From Psychrobacter sp. DM4 (GTDB taxonomy: Bacteria; Pseudomonadota; Gammaproteobacteria; Pseudomonadales; Moraxellaceae), in assembly GCF_051307035.1 (NCBI RefSeq), contig NZ_CP195536.1, forward strand, positions 60,001-92,000: a stretch of DNA of 32,000 nt. Reading direction: 5' to 3'. The notes below the pieces were generated by a model. That model did not search any database. It was not told the DNA's origin and saw nothing but the letters and a program-made list of their open reading frames with translations. The position numbers were made by a program, and so were the translations under genes. Of this stretch, positions 1 to 9,278 are shown in pieces (position 1 is the stretch's first letter; each line of letters opens with the position of its first letter).

Positions 1-1
1 G

Positions 2-1672
2 TCTAAAAAAGATTTTAATCCTTACAAAGAACTAATAGCTACTATTGAACAGGCTGATGCTAAAAGCGTAGTTTGTCAGTATCCAGCCCGATATTTATGG
101 CTTAGTCACCATCTACCCGAATTAAATATTAATCTAAAAGACTGCTCACAGCTGCCAGATCCCAATCAAGAGATAAGCCTAATCTTGGTCAGTAATTACT
201 TAAAAAACCCGGCCTCTTCGTTCGGTCATGTATTGGTCAAAACCAGTAAGGCTACAGGTTCTAAAGATAGTACGACTAACGAAGTCAGAGAGCTTTCAAG
301 TGAGGATCTACTCAATAATTCATATAACTTTGGCGCGCGTATTCCAGCCAATGAAAATGGTGCAATGTACGCGATTAAAGGTCTGTTCGGACTTTACGAT
401 GCGGGTTTTTCGGAGACGGAGTTTTTTAAACAAGATGCCGTGTACTCTAAGAACGAGCAGCGAGATATGTGGGAGTATGTGCTAAATCTTGAAGCATTTG
501 AAACGCAATTACTGAACTACCATTTATACGAAGCAAAATCCGCTAGATTTGATTATTACTTCATCAAACAAAACTGTGGCTATCGTTCAGGAGAGATATT
601 AGAGCTGATAAGCGATGTAAAAACAACTGAGCGCATAGGCCCTTGGTACGCGCCAGATTATGTGTTTGACCAGTTATTCGAGCATGATAGTGGCACAGAG
701 CCTTTAGTAGCCTCGGTACGTTATCTGCCTTCTGAGCAAACACAGCTACGAGAGAAATTTGTACAACTACCCAAGCCAATACAAAACATAATTAATGGCG
801 TCATTCGTACAGAAGACACCGCACTGCTTACCACGCTGAATACCGATGATAGAGCCCTTGCACTGGATTTTTTGATTTTACATCGCACTTATAAAATATC
901 ACAAGACAATACTCCAGAGCAGCAAGCATTCAAAAATGAGTTATTAAGCCAACGTTTTGTGCTACCAGCCAGTAATGGTTTGGCTCAGCTGGCCGTACCC
1001 AATAAAGCGTCACCGGCATTGAGTAATAAAACCACGCAAACCAAAGTGATTTTATCTGAAGATAGAGTGGAGGTGGGACTATCACTATTTGTGAAAGATC
1101 CTCTCAACGCCTACACTGATATTGACAAACGCTTTGAAGCAGTACAAGCCTCTTTAGGCTATGATTTTGGTGATAGCAAATGGACACTAACAGACTTTGT
1201 CTTTTTGGATATGCAGCAGATTGAAGACCTACGCCAACCTTTGTCAGGCGAACCCAAATTGTCTTGGCAACTAAAGACAGGCGCGCGCACAGACTTATTT
1301 ACTGGTAATACTCACAGTCCTTATGCGCAAGGTGGGATTGGAGTCGGCGCAAAATTTGGCAAGCACATGCTTGGCTATGGTATGGTAAATGCGACAGTTC
1401 ATGATCAAGATCGACATGCAGATATAGGGGTTGAGTTTGGTTTGCGCGCTAAATATAACAAGCAGAGTGCTGAGCTGTCTTACATCGCTTCTAAACGAGA
1501 GAATCGTGGCTCTATTGCTCTTACCAAGTTGACACTACGGCAACAGTTGTCAAAGAACAATGATGCCAGAATCATAGTGACACACGCTAATATAGTAACG
1601 CACGCTAATAATGATGCTTTAAGCGATTCAGATGATACAAATGCTAGTGTCGCTTGGCATCATTACTGGTAA
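2..1672 (+). CDS. DUF4105-like (Lnb N-terminal periplasmic domain type) protein, 5' end cut by the window edge; C-terminal third looks beta-barrel-like
   Basis: The frame of ORF 185..1672 stays open back to nt 2, with no stop and no in-frame ATG. The upstream translation (..VVCQYPARYLWLSHHLPEL..) reads like a continuation of the protein. The NPASSFGHVLVK motif resembles the DUF4105 family from memory. The C-terminus has alternating hydrophobic strands and ends in aromatic WHHYW. Confidence 0.55.
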   Translation, partial: SKKDFNPYKELIATIEQADAKSVVCQYPARYLWLSHHLPELNINLKDCSQLPDPNQEISLILVSNYLKNPASSFGHVLVKTSKATGSKDSTTNEVRELSSEDLLNNSYNFGARIPANENGAMYAIKGLFGLYDAGFSETEFFKQDAVYSKNEQRDMWEYVLNLEAFETQLLNYHLYEAKSARFDYYFIKQNCGYRSGEILELISDVKTTERIGPWYAPDYVFDQLFEHDSGTEPLVASVRYLPSEQTQLREKFVQLPKPIQNIINGVIRTEDTALLTTLNTDDRALALDFLILHRTYKISQDNTPEQQAFKNELLSQRFVLPASNGLAQLAVPNKASPALSNKTTQTKVILSEDRVEVGLSLFVKDPLNAYTDIDKRFEAVQASLGYDFGDSKWTLTDFVFLDMQQIEDLRQPLSGEPKLSWQLKTGARTDLFTGNTHSPYAQGGIGVGAKFGKHMLGYGMVNATVHDQDRHADIGVEFGLRAKYNKQSAELSYIASKRENRGSIALTKLTLRQQLSKNNDARIIVTHANIVTHANNDALSDSDDTNASVAWHHYW

Positions 1673-1777
1673 GGCTTTTTATGTTATAGATGCAGAGAAA
1701 AATGGAATATTGACCCATCATCTCCATATTATGTGTTAACTGAATTTTTAGAAATAAAAAATAAAAGGAAAAACAAT

Positions 1778-2791
1778 ATGGCAGAAAAAAACTACTATGA
1801 CATTTTAGGGGTCAAAAAAGATGCCTCAGATGCTGATATTAAAAAAAGATACCGTAAGCTTGTGCGTCAGTTTCACCCTGATGTGAGTGATGATCCAGAC
1901 GCTGATAATAAAATCGCTGAGATTAACAACGCCTACGAGACCATCCGAGACAAAGACAAGCGCGCAGAATACGACGCTATGCTGGACAATCCTTTTGCCT
2001 CTCAAGGCGGCGCTGGCGGTTTCGGTGGACAGTCTGCTGGCGGGCAGAGCGGTTTTCGCTGGGAGGATATGAAGGATCAGTTCGGTGATGGCGAAGCGTT
2101 CGGCGGTGGCGGCTTTCGTTTTGATGATATATTTTCAGCCTTTGGTCGCGGCGCTCGTGGCTCAGCTGGCGCGCAATCAAGCGGGACGTCAGGCGGCTTT
2201 GATCAGTTTGGTGGTGGTTTTGGTGCGCAAGATAGCAAAGGTCAAGACCAACATGCCGAGATCAGCGTTGATTTGGCGTCAGTCTATAGCGGCGATGATT
2301 ACAGTATTAAATTAAATGTGCCTGTGCGCAAGCCTAATGGCAGCGTGGATTATGAAAACAAAACGCTAAAAATCAAAATACCTAAAGGCATCACTGATGG
2401 CAAGCAAATTCGCTTAGCAGGTCAAGGCGCGGCAGGACATGGCGGCGGCAAAAATGGTGATTTATTCTTAAAAGTAAAAATTACCCATAGCGACAATATT
2501 CGCTTAGAAGGCGCGGATGTTTATCAGACGCTAAATATTGCCCCATGGGAGGCGGCGCTTGGTGACAAGGTCAATGTTACGACGCCTACGGGTACGCTTG
2601 GGGTAAGTATTCCCAAAAATAGTAAATCAGGAAGCAATCTACGTCTAAAAGGCAAAGGTATCCCTGCCAAACACACCGGTGATCTGTATTTGACGCTTAA
2701 TATTGTCAATCCAGAAGTCAATACGGATGAAGCAAAACAGGCCTACGAGCAGCTCAAACAAGCCTTTGCTGATACCAGTATCCATCGTTAA
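1778..2791 (+). CDS. cbpA: Curved-DNA-binding protein CbpA (DnaJ homologue without zinc finger)
   Basis: The J-domain reads NYYDILGV..HPD, followed by a G/F-rich linker and DnaJ C-terminal domains, with no CxxCxGxG zinc finger. The ATG at 1778 has an AAGGAA Shine-Dalgarno 8 nt upstream, so the upstream start at 1733 is unlikely. A cbpM-like gene follows. Confidence 0.9.
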   Translation: MAEKNYYDILGVKKDASDADIKKRYRKLVRQFHPDVSDDPDADNKIAEINNAYETIRDKDKRAEYDAMLDNPFASQGGAGGFGGQSAGGQSGFRWEDMKDQFGDGEAFGGGGFRFDDIFSAFGRGARGSAGAQSSGTSGGFDQFGGGFGAQDSKGQDQHAEISVDLASVYSGDDYSIKLNVPVRKPNGSVDYENKTLKIKIPKGITDGKQIRLAGQGAAGHGGGKNGDLFLKVKITHSDNIRLEGADVYQTLNIAPWEAALGDKVNVTTPTGTLGVSIPKNSKSGSNLRLKGKGIPAKHTGDLYLTLNIVNPEVNTDEAKQAYEQLKQAFADTSIHR

Positions 2792-2872
2792 TAGGACGCT
2801 TTAATATATTAGGCTTTAATATAGTAGTAAGCGCACAATAATGATAAAAAAGGACGAACGAGGAGAATGATA

Positions 2873-3196
2873 ATGGAACACTCGCCTAAATTTAATGACC
2901 TCATTATGAGCTTTGATGAGCTAGTCTCAGCTTGCGGTCAAGAGCGCCAGTGGGTACTGGCATTAATAGAAGAAAACATCATTGAGTATGATGTGCCAGA
3001 GTATGAGCAGTTCACAGGCTACCAGCTCACCACAGTACGCCGTGCCTCGCGCCTAAGCCGTGACTTTGAAGCTAGCGTACCGGCTATTGGTCTGATACTC
3101 GAGCTACTAGAGGAAGTGGAGCAATTACGTAAACTCAAACGCCAAGTCGATACGCAGATGCCTGTGATTGAGGTAGATATTGATAGTTTGAAGTAG
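2873..3196 (+). CDS. cbpM: Chaperone modulatory protein CbpM (MerR-like)
   Basis: A small acidic protein sits immediately downstream of cbpA, the typical cbpA-cbpM operon arrangement. GGAG at 2862-2865 favours the ATG at 2873 over the ATG at 2867. Confidence 0.8.
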   Translation: MEHSPKFNDLIMSFDELVSACGQERQWVLALIEENIIEYDVPEYEQFTGYQLTTVRRASRLSRDFEASVPAIGLILELLEEVEQLRKLKRQVDTQMPVIEVDIDSLK

Positions 3197-3216
3197 ATGT
3201 CATAATCAAAGCAGTA

Positions 3217-3246
3217 ATAAAAAAGAGCCACTATAGGCTCTTTTTA
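3217..3246. terminator. Bidirectional rho-independent terminator between cbpM (+) and holC (-)
   Basis: The stem AAAAGAGCC (3221-3229) pairs with GGCTCTTTT (3236-3244) around a 6 nt loop. An A-tract lies on one side and a T-tract on the other. Confidence 0.75.
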
Positions 3247-3313
3247 TTTGTCTAACGGTTATGAATTAGCGGGCGTATTTTAGTATTAACCTAAAATGCA
3301 GAACGTGCAAAAT

Positions 3314-3775
3314 TCAGACTTTAAAGTGCGCAAGCTCGTAGCCTGCTTGCTGATAGCTTTTATATTTATGACGTCCTTCAGCCATACTGACCTCATCAGG
3401 TTTTATAATTTCAAGGACACGAAAGAGTTTTGCTGAACTATTTGCGTTAATAAACTCAGTGACAGGACGAGAAGTAGTATTGATGACAATACCGTCAAAG
3501 TCTGCTGGCATATGAGTGCTAAGCATGACAGGTGTTAAAGGCGTATGAGCATCAGCTTTTTCAGTAACGCTATCAAGAAGACAGTGATGCGGAATAAAAC
3601 TCAGTGGATCCTCAGACCATAGCGCGTCATCAAGTTCAGTCATCTGCGCGTCATCAGCCGCAAGTATCAGTAGCGACTGCTCACTCTTATTAAGCGCCGT
3701 TTGAGTGAGCTGACAAGTAAAGCCCAAGAAATCTTGGGCTTTACTTTCGCTTAAGATATAAAAGCTAATTTTCAT
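3314..3775 (-). CDS. holC: DNA polymerase III subunit chi
   Basis: The protein aligns by eye with E. coli HolC (..LDDALWSEDPLSFIPH.. and C-terminal ..YKSYQQAGYEL..). It lies directly downstream of pepA, the conserved pepA-holC pair. Confidence 0.88.
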   Translation of the reverse strand: MKISFYILSESKAQDFLGFTCQLTQTALNKSEQSLLILAADDAQMTELDDALWSEDPLSFIPHHCLLDSVTEKADAHTPLTPVMLSTHMPADFDGIVINTTSRPVTEFINANSSAKLFRVLEIIKPDEVSMAEGRHKYKSYQQAGYELAHFKV

Positions 3776-3811
3776 GAGTTGATTGTCATCACTAGAGTCT
3801 TTAAAAACCGA

Positions 3812-5464
3812 TTAGGCCATATCTGCGCAATTCTTTAAGTATTGCATAAATAATGGAACAGGACGACCCGTAGCGGCTTTTTCTTTACCTGAATTCCAAG
3901 CTGTACCCGCGATATCCAAATGCGCCCATGCTTGACCGTCTTCGACGAAACGCGATAAGAAGCAAGCTGCAGTGATAGCGCCGCCACCTTTGCCACCGAT
4001 ATTTTGCATATCAGCGATAGGCGAGTCGATTTGCGACTGATACTCATCATCCATAGGCATGTGCCAGACAAGATCTCCCGATTGATTACTGGCGTTTTCT
4101 AAGCCAAATAGTACGTCTTCATCATTACTAAATACCGCTGAGCGCACATGACCCAATGCTACTACGCAAGCGCCCGTGAGTGTTGCCACATCGATGATGG
4201 TCTTTGGCTGATAACGCTGTACGTAGCATAGCGTATCGGCTAACACGAGACGACCTTCGGCGTCCGTATTTAAAATCTCAACCGATTTTCCATTCATGGC
4301 TTTGACGATATCACCCGGACGAGTAGCATCCCCTGATGGCATATTCTCCGCACAAGCGAGTGCGCCAACGACGTTAATTGGCAGACGAGCTTCACACAAG
4401 GCTTTGATCGTGCCAAGTACCGCAGCAGAACCGCCCATATCGAACTTCATCTCATCCATAGCCGCACCTGGCTTGATCGAGATACCCCCTGAATCAAAGG
4501 TTACGCCTTTACCGACTAATACGATAGGCGCGTCATCGTTCGATGCTTGTGCTGTACAGTCATTCTGTTCGACAGCTTTGACTGACTTCTTACTTGGCAT
4601 TTTGGTAGGTAGTTTGTCAGCGAGCGCTTTGAGACCGCTGGCGACTGATGCGCTATTAGTCATCACTTTTGTGACAAAATTTGACTTGCCTTGATACTCC
4701 ATGAGTACTAGCTGACCCTCGCGAGTAGAGCCTTGTGCGACGGCTAAGAAGCAGTCCATGCCGAGCGCTGACATCTCTTTTTCACCTAGAACAGTAACCT
4801 TTAATAGGTCAGGATAAGTTTTTGCTAGTGCTTGAGCTTGCTCTGCCATGTAGACTGGGAAGCAGATGTTACCCGGCTCATTGGCGACGTCACGCGTGAG
4901 GCTTTGACCTTTAAATATGGATTCAGCAAAGTCTAAAGTAGGGGATAGCAACTCATTAGCAAGTAGATAAATATCGGTGAGTACAGGCTCTTTTTGCTCA
5001 GACTTATACTTATCAAAACGATAGCTTGCGGCTAGTAAGTTAAGCGCAAATTGACCAAATTGATCGGCTTCAAATGCATCCCCTACAGCGACAGTGATAG
5101 CGTTCACGCGTTTTTGTGTGCTGCTATAAATGGTCTTGGCGATTTTTTGTAAGACAGATTCTTTTAATTTATCGCAGTTACCAATACCAACTAATAACAG
5201 TTGCATAGGATTTTGCTTCGTGGTTTTTTTGTCGCCCGCGAGCGCATAATCAGCAACGGTTTCGCCCGCTTTACCAGTGAAGTGTGAGACTTCAATGAGC
5301 TGTTCGATACGTGCCTGATAGTCCTTGAGTTCTGACGCCGCTAAAATATTCTTCTTGTCATCGATCAAAACGACTAAGCAAGTAGCGTCTTTATCTTTAG
5401 CTTCTTTTTTTAGTATTTTTTGCGTATGAGTCTTTGGTAAACTTTGGGTTAATGTGATATTCAT
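3812..5464 (-). CDS. pepA: Leucyl aminopeptidase (M17 family) PepA
   Basis: The [12 protein letters not shown] signature, [16 protein letters not shown] and a C-terminus collinear with E. coli PepA are all present. The protein carries an extra ~45 aa segment (see findings). Confidence 0.95.
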   Translation of the reverse strand: [550 protein letters not shown]

Positions 5465-5595
5465 CTACAGTTATCCTTATAGAGGTAAAAAGTGAGATAA
5501 GTCATGGTATCAAAACGCCTTTATAGATTATCATTGTCAGCGTTTTAGCCAGTAGCTAGTGTAACACACCGACGTTTGGGTGCGCTGTGAGCAAA

Positions 5596-5626
5596 GGTTA
5601 GCGAATGTTGTTGTCATTTGCTAACC
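5596..5626 (-). terminator. Hairpin downstream of the isochorismatase-family gene (putative terminator)
   Basis: GGTTAGCGAATG (5596-5607) and CATTTGCTAACC (5615-5626) pair at 11 of 12 positions around a 7 nt loop. On the minus strand the hairpin is followed by TTTGCTC, a weak T-tract. Confidence 0.45.
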
Positions 5627-5653
5627 CATTATAATCTTGATCATCAAACAGTA

Positions 5654-6259
5654 TTAGCTGTTTAATAATTCGTCAGTAGAGACCAAAGCTGAAAATCGAT
5701 CTTGAAGCGCGGCCATTGCGGTATCGTGCATGATTTGAGCGCTAATTGTCTCGCCGTTAGCGTTAGGTAAATCGCGCGTGGCGCTAGCATCATGGCAGAC
5801 AAAGTTATCAAAGCCTAAATCAAAAGCCGCTCTAACACTGGAGCTGACACACATATGACTCATAAAGCCTGCAAACACTACTTGTTGTTTGCCCGCGTCC
5901 TTTATGAGCGCTTGTAGCTCCGTACTGTAAAAGGCGTTTGGGTGCTTTTTGGTAATAACGGTCTCGCCCTCTTTTGGTTGTAGGTCATCGACGATATCGA
6001 CTTTACTCGATAAGGGGTCAAACACTTTGCCATTGTCTTCGCCGTGATGAGCAATATGAAAAATAGGACTATCTTTTTCGCGAGCCTTATTCAGTAATAA
6101 GCGCGCATTGGCTATCGCTTTAGCGCCTACGTCACCTAGTGGCATGGCACCATCGACATATTCGTTTTGATAATCGATAAAAACAATGGCGCAGTTTGAC
6201 CAATCAAGCGTATTAAATTCACCGCCAGCGAGTTGCAATAAGGTTTTGGGTGTTGACAT
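5654..6259 (-). CDS. Isochorismatase-family cysteine hydrolase
   Basis: The family layout is present, with D (FIDYQNEY), K (TKKHPNAF) and C (GFMSHMCVSSSVR) triad positions. Substrate specificity cannot be assigned. Confidence 0.8.
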   Translation of the reverse strand: MSTPKTLLQLAGGEFNTLDWSNCAIVFIDYQNEYVDGAMPLGDVGAKAIANARLLLNKAREKDSPIFHIAHHGEDNGKVFDPLSSKVDIVDDLQPKEGETVITKKHPNAFYSTELQALIKDAGKQQVVFAGFMSHMCVSSSVRAAFDLGFDNFVCHDASATRDLPNANGETISAQIMHDTAMAALQDRFSALVSTDELLNS

Positions 6260-6737
6260 AGTAGTATCCTTTTTTGTTATTAATTTTACTAAAGGTTGTT
6301 TTACTCAATATCTTTTATTCAAAATACTTTGCTTAGTATAAATAGACGTTTACATTCAAATTCTAACAAGTAAAAGCAGTTATATTCGCGGTCTGATACG
6401 AAGCACACACAAACTTATCCAAACCATAGCATTCAAAAATTTAATAGCATTACGCTAAAAGATCATTAAGAGTTGCTGTTCGATGACGGTTTAATAGGTA
6501 CTCTTTATTTGCTACTGACTTTATTCTACCGTTTTTGTTTAATCGTGAATGCATACTTAGCAAGGCTTAGGTAATGTTTGCGAACACTTTTCAGCGTTAT
6601 TTTCGCTCAAAACATGCTAGCATTAGCGGTTAGCTCTACAGCCTACGCCCTCTATCGACGCTTGATATGTTCATAGCGTTTGCGCGGGCATAGCACCTGT
6701 ACGAGCACATCAAATCATTCTCTCAAGAGTACCTACT

Positions 6738-8003
6738 GTGATACTACGCCGCTACATGACCCGTCAAGTTGCCTCTACGACTGCTTTAGTGCTTGGGTTT
6801 TTGATGGTGATGATGCTTGGCGGCCGGCTCATACGCTACTTTGGGATTGCGGCTGAAGGGGGACTAGATGTCAGCTTATTGTTTACCATTATTGGCTATA
6901 ACCTGCCTTACTTCTTAGAGCTGATCCTGCCTCTGGCGTTTTTTATTGCTTTGATGCTAGTCTTTGGTCGCTTGTATGTGGATCAAGAGATGGCGGTTAT
7001 CAATGCCAGCGGCATATCACGTGGTAAACTTGCGCGGCTTATGACGCCTTTAATCTTGGCGCTGTTCGTGGGCGAGGCGGCATTATCGATAGTAGGCAAG
7101 CCTTGGGGCGTACGCTCATCTGAGACGGTTTGGCAACAGCAAGCATTGAGCAGCGCTTTTGATTTGATACGTCCTAATGAGTTCATTAGTAGTGGCGATT
7201 ATAATTTATATGTCGGCAGTCTAAGCGACGATAAAAAACAGTTGCAAGATGTAGTGCTCATCCAAACCCAAGAGATCGGAAAAAGCGGGAATGACGACCG
7301 TTCAAACAATAATTCTGATAGCGATATGCCCGCTTTGCCAAAAGCCATGATCGAGCGCGCAGGCAATGTCGGTAGCAAAGATACAATTACTCTCGCCAAA
7401 CGCGCAGAGCAAGTGGATAACGGCAGTAGCGGCATCACGCAATTAGATTTGTTTCAAGGTCGCCGCTATGAAGTCGGTGCTGGGAGTTTGAAGTATAATC
7501 AGGTTAGCTTTGATCGCTACCGTATTACTCTGACCGAATCCTCAAAAGAGGTGGTGACTGAAAACAATATCGAGACTCAGCCAATCGGTCCACTATGGCA
7601 GGCGGCAACAGGCGGCACGCCAGTCGCTAACGTAGACGCACTACGAGCGGCTAAAGGAGAGTTGGGTTATCGCTTTGCGCTACCTTGGCTGATGATTATC
7701 GCACCTATGCTCGCCGTACCACTGGCGCAAGTACGTCCGCGTCAAGGTCGCTGGCTGCGTCTGTTTCCCTCCGTACTTTTATTTGTTAGCTGTGCGCTTG
7801 GCATCATATCGCTCAAAAACGCGGTGAGCAAAGGCAGCGTGAGCGTATGGGCTTACGCTTGGGTCATTGTAGGATTCATGATATTGGCACTTTATCTCAA
7901 TTGGGCTAGCCGTATTCAGCATCGATTGCGCTTTCGAGAGCCTGCTGGCAATAGCACAGGTGATGAATCACAAACCCCATCTACAACAGGAGGACAGGCC
8001 TAA
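6738..8003 (+). CDS. lptF: LPS export ABC transporter permease LptF
   Basis: The N-terminus ILRRYMTRQV.., a 6-TM YjgP/YjgQ-type profile and a large periplasmic loop match LptF. The gene is translationally coupled to lptG and uses a GTG start. Confidence 0.88.
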   Translation: MILRRYMTRQVASTTALVLGFLMVMMLGGRLIRYFGIAAEGGLDVSLLFTIIGYNLPYFLELILPLAFFIALMLVFGRLYVDQEMAVINASGISRGKLARLMTPLILALFVGEAALSIVGKPWGVRSSETVWQQQALSSAFDLIRPNEFISSGDYNLYVGSLSDDKKQLQDVVLIQTQEIGKSGNDDRSNNNSDSDMPALPKAMIERAGNVGSKDTITLAKRAEQVDNGSSGITQLDLFQGRRYEVGAGSLKYNQVSFDRYRITLTESSKEVVTENNIETQPIGPLWQAATGGTPVANVDALRAAKGELGYRFALPWLMIIAPMLAVPLAQVRPRQGRWLRLFPSVLLFVSCALGIISLKNAVSKGSVSVWAYAWVIVGFMILALYLNWASRIQHRLRFREPAGNSTGDESQTPSTTGGQA

Positions 8004-9202
8004 TGCGCGCCGCTTCTCCAAAAGATCGTTTGGACAACGCCAGACTAGTCAAATTATCCCTACTCAGTCGCTACGTAAAGCTCAATGCGCTGCTCGCTAT
8101 AGTAGCGGCAGTGCTGGGACTTTGGGCACTACAGTTATTGTTCTCATATCTTAACGAGCTAGACTCGTTAGATGATAGCTATACTTTGAGCGCAGCTCTC
8201 AAGTACATCTTTTATCGCTCGCCTTACTTTTTAGAGCAGTTTATCCCGACAGGGGCATTGCTTGGCGCCGTCGTCGGCTTAGGTCTGCTGGCCAATAAGA
8301 GCGAGCTGGTCGTTATGCGTGCCGCTGGGGTCAGTATCTACCGTATCGTCGGTTGGGTGTTGCAGCCAGCGCTGCTCTTTGTACTACTGGCACTCGCTAT
8401 CAACCAGTTTATACTGCCGCAGAGCAATCAGTTAGCGCGCGAGATAAATGACAATGATAGCCGCGCGCTCATCACCTCAGTACGTGGCTATTGGACGGTG
8501 CAACCGAGAGTCAAAAATAATGCTGACGGCGGCGTACAGCCTGATGGTAATGATATTTTGTACATTGACTATGCGGATATAGAAGGCAACATAGGTGAGG
8601 TCAAGCGCTGGCATTTAGATAATAAGGGCAGTTTGCAAACCGCAACCCGCGCCGAAGGCGGACGTTATAGCCAGCGCGTCTCTTTCAATAGTGATAATAA
8701 TACTGAGAGCACCCAATACCGCTACGAGTGGCAACTGAACAATATGACAGAGCTGGCTATCGGCCAAGGCTTTGAGAGTAGTCAAGCCACTGCTACGTCC
8801 GATACCTTAAGCCTTCCTTTTGCACCAGCGTCTGTCTATCTACTGACTCGCGATGCTGAGGATTTGTCTTTGACTCAGCTGTATGATCATCGTCAGTTTA
8901 TGCGCGGGCAGGGCAAGCGCTCGCTCACTCATGAGCTGGCATTTTGGCAAAAGCTACTCTCACCGTTGTCCATCTTATCGCTAGTCATCGTCGCTTGCTC
9001 GTTTGTCTTTGGCTCGCTACGTACTTATAGTCTAGGCTTGCGTATCGTCGTCGCACTGCTGTTTGGTTTGCTGTTTAGTTATGTGCAAGATTTGGTTGGT
9101 TTTGTTTCCTTGGCGACAGGTTTTTCGCCTATGCTCATGGTGCTATTACCCATCATAGGTAGCGCGGCATTAGGGTTTTATCTGATAAAACGGCAGATGT
9201 AA
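8003..9202 (+). CDS. lptG: LPS export ABC transporter permease LptG
   Basis: The protein is a YjgP/YjgQ-type permease. Its ATG overlaps the lptF stop (TAATG at 8001-8005). Confidence 0.88.
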   Translation: MRAASPKDRLDNARLVKLSLLSRYVKLNALLAIVAAVLGLWALQLLFSYLNELDSLDDSYTLSAALKYIFYRSPYFLEQFIPTGALLGAVVGLGLLANKSELVVMRAAGVSIYRIVGWVLQPALLFVLLALAINQFILPQSNQLAREINDNDSRALITSVRGYWTVQPRVKNNADGGVQPDGNDILYIDYADIEGNIGEVKRWHLDNKGSLQTATRAEGGRYSQRVSFNSDNNTESTQYRYEWQLNNMTELAIGQGFESSQATATSDTLSLPFAPASVYLLTRDAEDLSLTQLYDHRQFMRGQGKRSLTHELAFWQKLLSPLSILSLVIVACSFVFGSLRTYSLGLRIVVALLFGLLFSYVQDLVGFVSLATGFSPMLMVLLPIIGSAALGFYLIKRQM

Positions 9203-9218
9203 CCTAAGATTAGTACAC

Positions 9219-9260
9219 TAAAAAGCCCGCCAAAACGACGATGTTTTAGCGGGCTTTTAG
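9219..9260. terminator. Bidirectional rho-independent terminator between lptG (+) and the methyltransferase gene (-)
   Basis: AAAAGCCCGC (9221-9230) pairs with GCGGGCTTTT (9249-9258), and an inner AAAAC/GTTTT extension adds to the stem. T-runs follow on both strands. Confidence 0.8.
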
Positions 9261-9278
9261 TTGCATAGTATCCGAAAA

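Noticed and set aside
1733-1777. Upstream alternative starts offered by the ORF track: cbpA 1733, rlmB 19075 (TTG), secG 25959 and pilC 22886
   Set aside because: In each case a downstream ATG has a better-placed Shine-Dalgarno and gives an N-terminus that aligns with characterised orthologues. The rlmB TTG additionally sits within the ppnP terminator.
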